A stretch of 64,000 nt of DNA from positions 1,088,001 through 1,152,000 of the forward strand of contig OZ244717.1 in the NCBI GenBank assembly GCA_965218975.1, given 5' to 3'. This document shows, one piece after another, positions 54,145 to 64,000 of the stretch. The DNA comes from Candidatus Oxydemutatoraceae bacterium (GTDB lineage Bacteria > Pseudomonadota > Gammaproteobacteria > Poriferisulfidales > Oxydemutatoraceae). The notes under the pieces were generated by a model. It was not told the origin of the DNA, made no database searches, and worked only from the letters and a program-made list of their open reading frames with translations. The stretch's first letter is position 1. The number at the start of each line of letters is the position of its first letter. Made by a program: the position numbers and the translations under genes.

Positions 54145-55185
54145 TTATAGAGTTTTGGGCAGAATTTCCATACTGGCCAAAGTTTTGAACAGTGATTGTT
54201 TTTCCTCATCCGGTAATGGGATGAGTCCTTTGTCAATCAGATATCCTTCATCGCCGACGGCTTTATTTGATATGAATTCCTGTGTATATTCCATGATTCC
54301 GGGGATAATTCCGACATGTGCTTTTTTCACATAAAAATATAGCGGTCTTGAAACGGGATAATTCCCGCTTGCAATATTTTTAAATGTCGGTCGAGTCGCT
54401 TCTACTTCAATACCGCGGATGATATTTTTGTTTTGATCCAAGAAACTAAATCCAAAGACTCCCAACGCACTGCGGTTGGTTTTAAGCTTTTGCACGATCA
54501 AGTTGTCATTCTCGCCCGCCTCGATATAAGCGCCGTCTTCCCGAATTGAATGACAACGCGCTTTATAGGTTGATTTGTCTGTAGACTTAATATTTTTAAC
54601 CCAGGCAAACTTTTTGCACCCGCCTTCAAGCGCCAATTCCGCAAATGCATCGCGTGTTCCCGATGTGGGCGGAGGACCGAGTACTTCAATTTTGATGGCG
54701 GGTAATGTGGGATCAATATCACTCCATTTCATATACGGATTAGGAATAAAGCTCTCGGCGCCGTCGGGATTCGGTACATCTTTGGCAAGTGCCAAATAGA
54801 TTTGCTTTAAGCTTACCGCCATTGAATCAGCCTCTTTGGATTGAGCAACGACAATCCCGTCATAGCCGATTTTCACTTCAATAATCTCCAGCACCCCATT
54901 TTCTCTGCATAGATCAATTTCTGATTGCTTGATCCTACGCGAGGAGTTGGTAATGTCGGGAGTATTAACGCCGGCTCCTTCGCAGAATAATTTGAGCCCG
55001 CCGCCGGACCCGGTTGATTCGATCTTAGGCGTTTTGAAATTACTGGCAAGCCCAAAATTTTCCGCAACGATTGTGGCGAACGGATAGACTGTGGATGAAC
55101 CGACGATATTGACTTGGTTGCGTGCTATCGCGCTATGGCTTAAGACAAAGCAAATGGTGAATGCAAAAAACAAAAATTTTCTCAT
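54145..55185 (-). CDS. pstS: Phosphate ABC transporter substrate-binding protein
   Basis: GSSTVYP, TGSGGG, PPPTSGTRDAF, YPVSRPL; ATG at 55185 with an upstream AGAGG. Confidence 0.92.
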   Translation of the reverse strand: MRKFLFFAFTICFVLSHSAIARNQVNIVGSSTVYPFATIVAENFGLASNFKTPKIESTGSGGGLKLFCEGAGVNTPDITNSSRRIKQSEIDLCRENGVLEIIEVKIGYDGIVVAQSKEADSMAVSLKQIYLALAKDVPNPDGAESFIPNPYMKWSDIDPTLPAIKIEVLGPPPTSGTRDAFAELALEGGCKKFAWVKNIKSTDKSTYKARCHSIREDGAYIEAGENDNLIVQKLKTNRSALGVFGFSFLDQNKNIIRGIEVEATRPTFKNIASGNYPVSRPLYFYVKKAHVGIIPGIMEYTQEFISNKAVGDEGYLIDKGLIPLPDEEKQSLFKTLASMEILPKTL

Positions 55186-55247
55186 AATTTCCTCTGTTAG
55201 TGATAGTAAAAAGTCAAAATGATTAAGTATCATTATCGTTAAAAGTC

Positions 55248-55265
55248 ATGACAAAAATATGTCAG
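55248..55265 (-). promoter_or_regulatory. Pho box (PhoB site) upstream of pstS
   Basis: Minus strand CTGACAT-ATTT-TTGTCAT followed 10 nt later by GATAAT, the canonical Pho promoter spacing. Confidence 0.75.
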
Positions 55266-55378
55266 TTTGCTGCCAAACTCTGCTTGTCATTTTCGGTCGT
55301 TAATATTCACTAAAAAGCCGGATAGTTTGCGCTTGAATACAAGGGCTAACAGATTTAATAATCAACAGGAGCAATCAA

Positions 55379-56746
55379 ATTAAAAAAACTTTTTTTACTG
55401 CGGCGTTTGCGATAGGGGCTATGATATTGTTATCTCTAACGGAAGTTACTGCGCAGTCAATGGATCATCGTTTACAAGACTTGGAAAATGTGGTCACGCA
55501 ACTGCAAGATGCTTTAGTTAAAGCACGTTCGGAAATCGCTGAGTTTAAGCAAGCGCGTGAAAAAGATAAAGAAGACAAAATTGAAATTTCTACTACGGGT
55601 GACGGAATTAAGTTCAAGAAAGACGACGGCACTAGTTTTGGCCTCGGTGGTCGAATAATGATTGATTATGACGCTTTCGACGGTATCTTTTATGACGGTG
55701 GTGACAATGATGAAGATAGCTCCGAAAGTGAATTTCGTCGCACTCGCCTGACTGCAAAGGGTAGCGTTAAGAAAGATTGGAAATATGCATTCACGGTTAA
55801 CATTGATGATAAGGATGGATCTGCCGATGTCAACATTGCTTATATTCAATATGCCGGTTTCAAACCTTTGACTTTCACAGTCGGTAAATTCAAAGAACCG
55901 TTTTCCTTAGAACGCCTGACAAGCTCGAAATGGATATCGACGATTGAACGTTCCATGCTGCAGGACGCGTTAGGCGGTAGTCTGGGCGCCGGACAGCCCG
56001 ACTTTGCCGGTATTGCCGTTAGCGGCTATCATGAAGAGCAAAATCATCTGAATTGGTCGGTCGGCGTGTTTGACGACGGTATTGAAGATGAGAATGATGA
56101 TGAGTACGGATTCACCGGTCGAGTTGCGCTAGTACCGCATTTTGGCGAGGACCATTTTCTGCACTTGGCTGCCGCGTATTCGATGCGTGATTTTGAGGGA
56201 AGCGATCACTCTATTAAAACGCGCTTTGGTGTTCACACTGCAGAAAAAGTTGACTTGGGCGGCTCATACTCATTAGACGATGCGGATCAGTTGGGATTGG
56301 AAGCTGCGTATGTCAGAGGCCCGTTCTCATTGCAAGCCGAATATATCGATGTCAGCATGGATGGTGATGAGAAAACAACGGAGATTAATCCTAATGCCAC
56401 TCCCGAAATTGCAGAGGATCTAGACTTTGATGGTTATTATCTGCAAGCGGCTTATACACTCACTGGCGAAACGCGCGGGTATAAGACCAAGGGAGCGGTT
56501 TTTGACAAAATTAAGCCGAAAGGCAGTTATGGCGCGTGGGAGCTGGTCGGTCGCTATGAGAATTTGGAAGTAGAGGATGAAGAAGATCAAAATGCGGAAG
56601 CCGAGAGGTGGGTTTTGGGGATTAACTGGTATGCGAATCAAAACGTTAAGTTTATGGCAAACTATATCAGCGCGGAAGTGGATGATCTGGACGTGGCTGA
56701 GGACGACGGCGACGCATTTTCATTGCGTGCGCAGTATGTTTGGTAG
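55379..56746 (+). CDS. OprO/OprP-family phosphate-selective porin
   Basis: EFRRTRL, GKFKEPFSLE..TSS, LTGE.R.Y, GAWEL, GINWY, C-terminal W; probable start at 55379 (ATT) or 55421 (ATG). Confidence 0.9.
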   Translation: MKKTFFTAAFAIGAMILLSLTEVTAQSMDHRLQDLENVVTQLQDALVKARSEIAEFKQAREKDKEDKIEISTTGDGIKFKKDDGTSFGLGGRIMIDYDAFDGIFYDGGDNDEDSSESEFRRTRLTAKGSVKKDWKYAFTVNIDDKDGSADVNIAYIQYAGFKPLTFTVGKFKEPFSLERLTSSKWISTIERSMLQDALGGSLGAGQPDFAGIAVSGYHEEQNHLNWSVGVFDDGIEDENDDEYGFTGRVALVPHFGEDHFLHLAAAYSMRDFEGSDHSIKTRFGVHTAEKVDLGGSYSLDDADQLGLEAAYVRGPFSLQAEYIDVSMDGDEKTTEINPNATPEIAEDLDFDGYYLQAAYTLTGETRGYKTKGAVFDKIKPKGSYGAWELVGRYENLEVEDEEDQNAEAERWVLGINWYANQNVKFMANYISAEVDDLDVAEDDGDAFSLRAQYVW

Positions 56747-56760
56747 AACATTTGCGCAAG

Positions 56761-56799
56761 AGGGATTGCCAATGCTTCATTGAAGTTTTAGCAATCCCT
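56761..56799. terminator. Stem-loop between the convergent porin and uvrA genes
   Basis: AGGGATTGC...GCAATCCCT inverted repeat with an inner cttca/tgaag pair. Confidence 0.55.
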
Positions 56800-59612
56800 T
56801 ATACTAGATAATTCTTCAGATAGGCGCCGGTGTACGAGCGTTTATTTCGGCTGACTTCCTCAGGAGTTCCCGTTACAATGACTTCGCCGCCGTGGTCTCC
56901 GCCCTCGGGTCCCAAATCTATAATCCAATCGGCTGTTTTGATCACATCCATATTATGTTCAATCACGATAATCGTGTTACCGCTGTCGCGTAGGTAATAT
57001 AGGACTTGCAAGAGTTGCTTTACATCGTGAAAATGCAGTCCCGTAGTCGGTTCATCAAGGATATAGAGTGTTTTCCCGCTTGCTTTCTTGGACAATTCCC
57101 GTGACAGTTTAATTCTCTGTGCCTCGCCGCCGGACAAAGTCGTAGAACTTTGCCCTAATGAGATATAGGAAAGCCCTACATCCATCAGGGTTTGTAATTT
57201 ATTGCGGATTATTCGCACCGCATGAAAAAACTCCAGCGCTCGCTCTACAGTCATTTGCAACATTTCGTGGATATTCATTCCTTTGTAGCGGATATCTAGA
57301 GTTTCTCTGCCATAACGTTTACCGCCGCAGACATCGCATTGCACATGGACATCGGGAAGAAAGTGCATTTCTACGCGAATAATGCCGTCACCTTGACAAG
57401 CTTCGCAACGTCCGCCGCGAACATTAAAACTGAAACGTCCGGGCTTGTAGCCGCGTGACCGCGCTTCGGGGACGGCGGCAAATAATTCACGGATAGGTGT
57501 GAATAGACCGGTGTAGGTTGCCGGGTTGGAACGGGGAGTGCGACCGATGGGACTCTGGTTAATATCAATTACTTTGTCAATTTGCTCTAGTCCGTTAATT
57601 TTTTTGCATGGCGCCGCATTCATTGAACCGCTATGCAATTTATTAAATAGTTGTTTATATAAAGTTTCATTGACGAATGTTGATTTTCCCGATCCTGAAA
57701 CGCCGGTTACACAAATGAATAATCCTAACGGGATATTCACATTGATATTTTTTAAGTTATTTCCGGTTAATCCTATACAATGAATCATTTTTTTGGGATC
57801 GGCAGGTGCCCGCCTATCCGGGATTTCAATACTCAGAGTTTTTGCCAAGTATTTTCCGGTAATGGATTGGCTATTTTGTTCAATTTGTTGCGGGGTGCCT
57901 TGTGCGACGATATTTCCTCCATGCTTGCCGGCGCCTGGGCCTAGGTCAATTACATGATCGGCGGCGCGAATTGCTCCTTCATCATGCTCCACGACAATAA
58001 CGGAATTTTCCAGATCGCGCAGATGGGTTAAAGTGCCGAGCAGACGTTCATTATCACGTTGGTGTAATCCGATTGACGGTTCGTCGAGAATGTACATTAC
58101 TCCGACTAGCCCGGAACCGATTTGGCTTGCTAAGCGAATGCGTTGTGCTTCGCCTCCCGACAATGTTTCCGCGCTGCGATCAAGCGTTAAGTATTCTAAT
58201 CCGACGTTTGCCAAGAATGAAAGCCGTTGTTTGATTTCATCGGTAATTTTCCCCCCGATTGCTGATTTGTTGCCGGGGAGGTTTAATTGATTGAAGAAAT
58301 CAAGCGTCTGTTCAATCGGCATTGCGGTAATGTCGGGCAAAGATTTTTTGTCTATAAATACATTTCTTGCTTCTTCACTCAGACGTGCGCCGTCGCATCC
58401 GGCACATTTTTGTATTGAAATATATTTGTTCAGTTTCTCTCTCAAACTCTCGGAATCTGTTTCTTGAAAGCGCTGTTCCATCAACGGAATAATTCCGGAG
58501 AAACGATAGTATTTGACAGATTTTTTGCCACGGTTGTCATACTTGAAAGGGATTGTGTCATCGTTGCTACCGTAAAGAATTAATTCTCTAACTTTCTTTT
58601 TTAGCGAAGAGAATGGTGCGTTCAGGCTAAAGTTTTGATGTTCTGCCAACGATTTTAAACGCTGATGATTGTAATAACTGCGCTTATCCCATCCGTTAAT
58701 TGCACCGGCAGCCAGACTCAGCGAAGGATTGACAACGATTTTATTCTCATCAAAATACTGCATCACGCCTAAGCCGTCGCATTCCCGACACGCTCCAATC
58801 GGGCTATTAAACGAGAACAAACGCGGTTCAAGTTCACTTAAACTGTAACCGCAGTACGGACAGGCAAAACGCAGCGAAAAAATTAACTCATCACCGCCGT
58901 CCATCGGCGCAATACCAACAATACCGTCCGCCAAATGAGCAGCAGTTTCAAGTGATTCGGTAAGCCGAAGTTCTATCCCGGATTTAATTTTAAGACGATC
59001 AACAATAATTTCAATCGTATGGTTTCTTCTCAAATCAAGTTTTGGTGAAGCATCCAATTCGTAAATTTCCCCGTTAACTCGCGCCCGTAAAAATCCCTGA
59101 GCTTGCATATTTTTAATCAAACGAGCAAACTCACCTTTACGGTTACGTACTATCGGCGCTAATAACATGATTTTTGCATCTTGCGGCAGTGTCATGATCT
59201 CATCGGTAATTTGGCTGAAAGTTTTTGCTTCAAGTTCTTCACCATGGAGCGGGCATTTGGGAGTGCCGACGCGGGCAAATAATAAACGTAAATAATCATA
59301 AACTTCGGTAATTGTGCCGACAGTAGAGCGTGGATTGTGCGAGGTTGATTTTTGTTCAATTGAAATTGCGGGGGATAGACCTTCAATCCTCTCAACATCG
59401 GGCTTTTCCATCCGCGTCAGAAACTGGCGCGCATACGCTGAGAGCGATTCGACGTAACGCCTTTGCCCTTCGGCAAAAATCGTGCCAAAAGCGAGCGATG
59501 ACTTTCCTGAACCTGACAAGCCGGTAATCACCACTAATTTGTTGCGCGGGAATATAATATCAATATTCTTCAGGTTGTGCGTTTTAGCGCCTTTGATGCG
59601 GATGGTTTTCAT
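56799..59612 (-). CDS. uvrA: Excinuclease ABC subunit A
   Basis: GLSGSGKS and GVSGSGKS, two LSGGEAQR, zinc fingers. Confidence 0.98.
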   Translation of the reverse strand: MKTIRIKGAKTHNLKNIDIIFPRNKLVVITGLSGSGKSSLAFGTIFAEGQRRYVESLSAYARQFLTRMEKPDVERIEGLSPAISIEQKSTSHNPRSTVGTITEVYDYLRLLFARVGTPKCPLHGEELEAKTFSQITDEIMTLPQDAKIMLLAPIVRNRKGEFARLIKNMQAQGFLRARVNGEIYELDASPKLDLRRNHTIEIIVDRLKIKSGIELRLTESLETAAHLADGIVGIAPMDGGDELIFSLRFACPYCGYSLSELEPRLFSFNSPIGACRECDGLGVMQYFDENKIVVNPSLSLAAGAINGWDKRSYYNHQRLKSLAEHQNFSLNAPFSSLKKKVRELILYGSNDDTIPFKYDNRGKKSVKYYRFSGIIPLMEQRFQETDSESLREKLNKYISIQKCAGCDGARLSEEARNVFIDKKSLPDITAMPIEQTLDFFNQLNLPGNKSAIGGKITDEIKQRLSFLANVGLEYLTLDRSAETLSGGEAQRIRLASQIGSGLVGVMYILDEPSIGLHQRDNERLLGTLTHLRDLENSVIVVEHDEGAIRAADHVIDLGPGAGKHGGNIVAQGTPQQIEQNSQSITGKYLAKTLSIEIPDRRAPADPKKMIHCIGLTGNNLKNINVNIPLGLFICVTGVSGSGKSTFVNETLYKQLFNKLHSGSMNAAPCKKINGLEQIDKVIDINQSPIGRTPRSNPATYTGLFTPIRELFAAVPEARSRGYKPGRFSFNVRGGRCEACQGDGIIRVEMHFLPDVHVQCDVCGGKRYGRETLDIRYKGMNIHEMLQMTVERALEFFHAVRIIRNKLQTLMDVGLSYISLGQSSTTLSGGEAQRIKLSRELSKKASGKTLYILDEPTTGLHFHDVKQLLQVLYYLRDSGNTIIVIEHNMDVIKTADWIIDLGPEGGDHGGEVIVTGTPEEVSRNKRSYTGAYLKNYLV

Positions 59613-59669
59613 TTTTCATTTTCTTTGAAGAAAAATATTTGTACCTACTACCTAATAGAAATATAATTT

Positions 59670-60890
59670 ATGGCGAACGACTTCAGTCTAAGCACGTTTG
59701 AGAGGCGTGCCGCCGCTATCTTAAGCTGCGTTTATATGTCTCGCATGTTTGGCTTGTTCATTTTATTGCCAATTCTAGCACCTGCCGCTGAACAGTTACG
59801 AGAAGCGACATCAATACTGGTCGGCCTTGCTTTGGGGATTTACGGATTACCGCAGATATTTTTACAGGCGCCTCTCGGCGCATGGTCGGATAGGATCGGT
59901 CGTAAACCTGTTATCATCGGCGGATTATTGGTATTCATTGCCGGTTGTTTAATCGCAGCCGCTTCCGATAGCATTTACGGAATTATTTTCGGACGAATTT
60001 TGCAGGGTAGTGGGGCGATTGCCGCCGTAGTGATGGCTTTTGCCGCAGACCTAACCCGCGAAAAGCAAAGGACAAAGGTCATTGCGGTGATTGGGATGAG
60101 TATCGGCGTCGCATTTATTCTTGCGGTTGCATCAGGACCTTTATTTCAAGCGATGATCGGTTTGCATGGGGTATTTTTGATCAGTGCATTGTTTGCTTTG
60201 ATCGCCGGTTTGATCGTGATGTTTGCATTACCCGAGCGAATGAGGCCTCGCTCAACACAGCGTTATTCCGGTAATTTAGTCAAAGAGCGTATGGGTTTTC
60301 GTCAAGTATTGCATAACATTGAGTTAATGCGGCTAAATTTTGGGACATTTACTCTACATATGATTCTGATGGCGAATTTTCTGGTATTGCCAGGTTTAAT
60401 TCGTGATCATTTGGGATTTGACGGAACAAATTCTTGGCAATTATATGCACTAATTCTGGTCGGTTCTTTTCTGTTGATGCTGCCGTTTCTTTTTGCCGCC
60501 GAGAGATATAGGAAGGTTAAACAAGCGATATTGTTTATGGTAGTTTGTCTTGCAATCAGCCAAGGAGCGCTACTTCATTTAAATAGCGGTATCGCGATTA
60601 TTCTATTGATTTTGCTGTTTTTTGTGGCGTTTAATTATTTGGAAGCCAATCTTCCGTCATTGGTCAGTCGACTGTGTGCGGCGGATGCGAAAGGTGTATC
60701 GTTCGGCGTCTTTATGCAGAGTCAATTTTTGGGGACTTTCTTTGGTGGACTACTGGGAGGTATCGTGCTGAATCTATGGTCCGCGACGACAATTTACTTG
60801 ATGAATGTTCTCGCTGCGATTATTTGGCTCATTGCCGCTTGGGGGATGACTCAACCTTGCTTTCATAAAGCAAGTGTCCGATCCGTTTAG
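59670..60890 (+). CDS. MFS transporter (YajR-like)
   Basis: WSDRIGRKP motif A, about 12 hydrophobic segments, uvrA-MFS-ssb synteny. Confidence 0.9.
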   Translation: MANDFSLSTFERRAAAILSCVYMSRMFGLFILLPILAPAAEQLREATSILVGLALGIYGLPQIFLQAPLGAWSDRIGRKPVIIGGLLVFIAGCLIAAASDSIYGIIFGRILQGSGAIAAVVMAFAADLTREKQRTKVIAVIGMSIGVAFILAVASGPLFQAMIGLHGVFLISALFALIAGLIVMFALPERMRPRSTQRYSGNLVKERMGFRQVLHNIELMRLNFGTFTLHMILMANFLVLPGLIRDHLGFDGTNSWQLYALILVGSFLLMLPFLFAAERYRKVKQAILFMVVCLAISQGALLHLNSGIAIILLILLFFVAFNYLEANLPSLVSRLCAADAKGVSFGVFMQSQFLGTFFGGLLGGIVLNLWSATTIYLMNVLAAIIWLIAAWGMTQPCFHKASVRSV

Positions 60891-61093
60891 GTTAAAGTTT
60901 CATAGTTGGTGTGAATAGAAACATCTTTAAAGTGATATTTTTAGATTACAATAGAGCAAAGATAGAAAAATATAGTATCCGTTCAACAGAAAATATAAGT
61001 CGCTTAATTTGAGGATGTTTTGTTTTCAGGCATGACTTTGAATATGACTATGGATTCTGTTCTATATATTGATTTCAACCACTGGAGTTTATT

Positions 61094-61564
61094 ATGGCAC
61101 GAGGAGTTAACAAGGCAATTTTAATAGGAAACTTAGGACAAACCCCCGAAGTTCGGTACACACCTAGCGGAGCGGCTGTATGCAATGTGCCGCTTGCTAC
61201 GACAGAAAATTGGAAAGATAAAGACAGCAGCGAAAGGCGTGAAAGAACTGAATGGCATCGTTTGGTGTTCTTTGGCCGCCTAGCTGAAATTACTGCGGAA
61301 TACTTGCGCAAAGGATCACAAATTTATGCCGAAGGCAGGCTACAAACCAGAAAATGGCAGGATCAATCCGGGAATGACCGTTATACAACGGAGATTATTG
61401 TGTCTGAGATGCATATTCTCGGCAACCGCAACAATGTCGGAAGTCATTATGATAGCGGTCAGGGTGCTAATCAAGAAAGTGATAAGGGTGATTCCACACA
61501 TGATTCTGTTACTAAAGAATCTCATAAATCGCAAGCTGATTTTGACGACGACATTCCATTTTAA
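61094..61564 (+). CDS. ssb: Single-stranded DNA-binding protein
   Basis: [17 protein letters not shown]-terminal DDDIPF. Confidence 0.98.
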   Translation: MARGVNKAILIGNLGQTPEVRYTPSGAAVCNVPLATTENWKDKDSSERRERTEWHRLVFFGRLAEITAEYLRKGSQIYAEGRLQTRKWQDQSGNDRYTTEIIVSEMHILGNRNNVGSHYDSGQGANQESDKGDSTHDSVTKESHKSQADFDDDIPF

Positions 61565-61622
61565 TCATTCTTTATCGGAGAATTAAAAAAACAATTCGTC
61601 GTTTAGTCGCAATATTTTCACG

Positions 61623-62606
61623 ATGAAAATTTTGGTCACGGGTGGCGCCGGTTATATCGGTAGCCATACGGTTGATTTGCTCGTTAGGATGGAGCATGAA
61701 GTTGTAGTGTATGATAATCTGTCAACCGGCGATACGAGTCTTGTTATCGGCGGGCAGTTGATAGTCGGTGATCTTAGTGACGTAACACAGTTGGAATCGC
61801 TGTTTGCACAACATACTTTTGAGGCGGTGATTCATTTTGCCGCTTCTACTTCGGTTGAAGAATCGGCTGAGAAGCCTGCTTGGTATTATCAAAATAATGT
61901 CTGCAATACATTAAGCTTATTGCGTCAATGCGTAGTGCATAGAGTGCGATGGTTTATTTTCTCCTCAACTGCGGCAGTTTACGGCGCTCCGGATATTTTA
62001 CCGATTCCCGAGACTTGTTTGACATTGCCGAAAAATCCGTACGGTTATTCCAAGCTGTTTGCCGAAAGAATGCTGCGGGATATCGCAGCTTCGTATGGCG
62101 CTCATTATGTAATTCTGCGTTATTATAATGCTGCCGGCGCCGATGCCGATTTGCGATTGGGAGAGATAAGACCTACTGCCAAACATCTGATTACTGTCGC
62201 CTGCAGAGCGGCAGCGGGTATGACTGAAGGTATAGAGATTTTTGGTACTGACTATCCGACTCCCGACGGGACCTGCGTGCGTGATTTTGTGCATGTGACA
62301 GATCTAGCCGACACACATGTTAAAGCCTTGCAATATATAAGCGATGGCGGTGAATCGGTTACCCTAAATTGCGGTTATGGTAGAGGATTTAGCGTGCGGG
62401 AAGTTTTGCATGTTGTCAAAGAAGTATCCGGGGTTGATTTCCCTGTTCGTGAAGGCGCTAGGAGAAAGATGGACGTTGATCCGCCGACTTTAATTGCGGA
62501 TAATACGAAGATCAAGAAAACTTTGGATTGGCGCCCTGTTTTTGACGACATTCGCGCGATTATTGCGACTGCATGGAAGTGGCAATTGAAACGGAACAAA
62601 AGCTAA
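61623..62606 (+). CDS. galE: UDP-glucose 4-epimerase
   Basis: GGAGYIGSH, FSSTAAVYG, PYGYSK, DGTCVRDFVHV. Confidence 0.93.
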   Translation: MKILVTGGAGYIGSHTVDLLVRMEHEVVVYDNLSTGDTSLVIGGQLIVGDLSDVTQLESLFAQHTFEAVIHFAASTSVEESAEKPAWYYQNNVCNTLSLLRQCVVHRVRWFIFSSTAAVYGAPDILPIPETCLTLPKNPYGYSKLFAERMLRDIAASYGAHYVILRYYNAAGADADLRLGEIRPTAKHLITVACRAAAGMTEGIEIFGTDYPTPDGTCVRDFVHVTDLADTHVKALQYISDGGESVTLNCGYGRGFSVREVLHVVKEVSGVDFPVREGARRKMDVDPPTLIADNTKIKKTLDWRPVFDDIRAIIATAWKWQLKRNKS

Positions 62607-62619
62607 TTCCCAATTTACA

Positions 62620-63561
62620 ATGTTACGTGTTTTGATAACCGGCGCAACAGGTTTCATAGGCACTCAATTGGTTTATAACTTATGTGCCGCCGGTTATACA
62701 GTACGTGCGGCAGTGCGTTGTTTGCCCGCTTCCCGGCAAGCGGATATTGAGTATTTTGTTTGCGGAAATATTAATGCGGATTTCGATTGGGACGAAGGGC
62801 TGAACGGAGTTGACGCGGTAGTGCATTTAGCGGGTTGTGTGCGCAATTATAAAACCGCATGGGATGAGAAAATCGCTCAGCAAACGAATACCAGCGCAGC
62901 CGTCAATCTGGCACAGTTTGCCGAAAGAAATTCTGTTCGCCGCTTTATTTACATGAGCTCGATTAAAGTCAACGGTGAGGATAGCGGTTCTAGCGCTTTC
63001 ACTGCCGATGATATTCCGGCGCCGGAGAGCGCTTATGCTCGTTCCAAACTTGCGGATGAAAAGGCGCTGTTTACCTTTTCTCGAAGCGCCGGAATTCAAC
63101 TAGTCGTGATTCGGCCGCCGTTGGTTTATGGGCCAAATGCGCAAGGCAATTTTGCGTCTCTAATGAGTATTATCAAGCGTCAATTGCCCTTACCATTCAA
63201 GTTGATTAAAAATTCGCGTAGCTTGGTTAGTGTGTTTAATCTGTGCGATTTAGTTCGGGTCTGCATTACACATCCGGCGGCGGCGGGAGAAGTGTTTCTG
63301 GTGTCTGATGGTCAGGATGTGTCAACGCCGCAACTGATCGTATTAATTGCCCAAGCGATACACAAGCGATTTATGTTGTTTCCTTTTCCCGTTGGCTTGC
63401 TCCGGTTCATTGCTTTATTGGTCGGAAGACATGAAATGATGCGGCGGTTGTGTGTAAATTTGCAGGTTGACATCAAAAAAACGTGTCGTTTGTTAAAGTG
63501 GAAACCGGTATTAAGCCTTGTACAAGGACTGGAACGTAGTGTTGTCTCTGTCCCCGAATGA
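62620..63561 (+). CDS. NAD-dependent epimerase/dehydratase (WbpV-like)
   Basis: GATGFIG, SSIKVNGE, YARSK, RPPLVYGP. Confidence 0.88.
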   Translation: MLRVLITGATGFIGTQLVYNLCAAGYTVRAAVRCLPASRQADIEYFVCGNINADFDWDEGLNGVDAVVHLAGCVRNYKTAWDEKIAQQTNTSAAVNLAQFAERNSVRRFIYMSSIKVNGEDSGSSAFTADDIPAPESAYARSKLADEKALFTFSRSAGIQLVVIRPPLVYGPNAQGNFASLMSIIKRQLPLPFKLIKNSRSLVSVFNLCDLVRVCITHPAAAGEVFLVSDGQDVSTPQLIVLIAQAIHKRFMLFPFPVGLLRFIALLVGRHEMMRRLCVNLQVDIKKTCRLLKWKPVLSLVQGLERSVVSVPE

Positions 63562-63603
63562 TTGACATAGTGGTTGATCATTATTTTTCTATAGTTCAAT
63601 GAT

Positions 63604-64000
63604 ATGTTTACTGTAGCTCAATGGCTTTTAATTGCGTTTGCGTTTGTGGCGGCATGGGTTGGTACCGCGTGGGTGGGCCATTGGGTTGTACGAAAAAAAT
63701 TGTTGGATATGCCCAATCATCGCAGTTCACATTTAGAGGCAACCCCGCGTGGCGGCGGACTTTCCATCGTGATTGTTTTTACTTTTATTACCGGTTTATT
63801 GTTTATGTCGGATTCCGGTATGGCGATGTCGGTGCAAATGGTCAATGTTTTTGTAACGGGAGGACTTGCAATTGCAATAACGGGTTGGCTTGACGATCAT
63901 TGGCGTCTGTCGCCTATTATCCGTATCACTGTTCATTTTGCCGTAGCATTGTATTGCCTCGCATTGTTGGGTGTGCCGTCGCTACCAATTCTAGGGTCAT
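63604..64000 (+). CDS. Glycosyltransferase family 4 (WecA/WbpL-like polyprenyl-phosphate sugar transferase), runs off the window
   Basis: Open frame from ATG 63604 containing DMPNHRSSH..TPRGGG and GWLDD. Confidence 0.88.
   Translation, partial: MFTVAQWLLIAFAFVAAWVGTAWVGHWVVRKKLLDMPNHRSSHLEATPRGGGLSIVIVFTFITGLLFMSDSGMAMSVQMVNVFVTGGLAIAITGWLDDHWRLSPIIRITVHFAVALYCLALLGVPSLPILGS

Overview
Gammaproteobacterial-type chromosome segment with three zones. (1) 1-19464 is a visibly GC-richer type I restriction-modification/defence island: frameshifted DUF1016, hsdS, an RloC-like SMC ATPase, two AlbA_2/RecG-like ATP-binding paralogs plus a DUF4062-fused relative, a membrane-anchored DEDDh exonuclease, a DUF6978-like/DUF1828-like pair, hsdR and an M48 peptidase. 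It carries scars of earlier hsdS/hsdR alleles and an IS1634 element flanked by a 323-bp target duplication. (2) About 19.9-38.1 kb is AT-richer accessory/core DNA: a doubly frameshifted TonB-dependent receptor with a TtpB-TtpC-ExbB-ExbD-TonB-TPR operon, a convergent and apparently uncharacterised four-gene operon (MotA/ExbB-like protein, two single-TM acidic-residue partners, tandem FGE-sulfatase/CLec protein), msrA, a second IS1634 copy with a 116-bp duplication, ptrB, tRNA-Ala and thpR. (3) 38.5-64 kb is housekeeping: tRNA-Tyr/Gly/Thr-tuf joined directly to the S10-spc-alpha operons, a Pho-box pstS with a divergent OprO/P porin, uvrA-MFS-ssb and the start of a polysaccharide cluster. The best novelty candidates are the four-gene ion-motor/lectin operon and the cassette-like accretion of cargo between hsdS and hsdR. 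All family calls rest on motif recognition only; no database searches were run.
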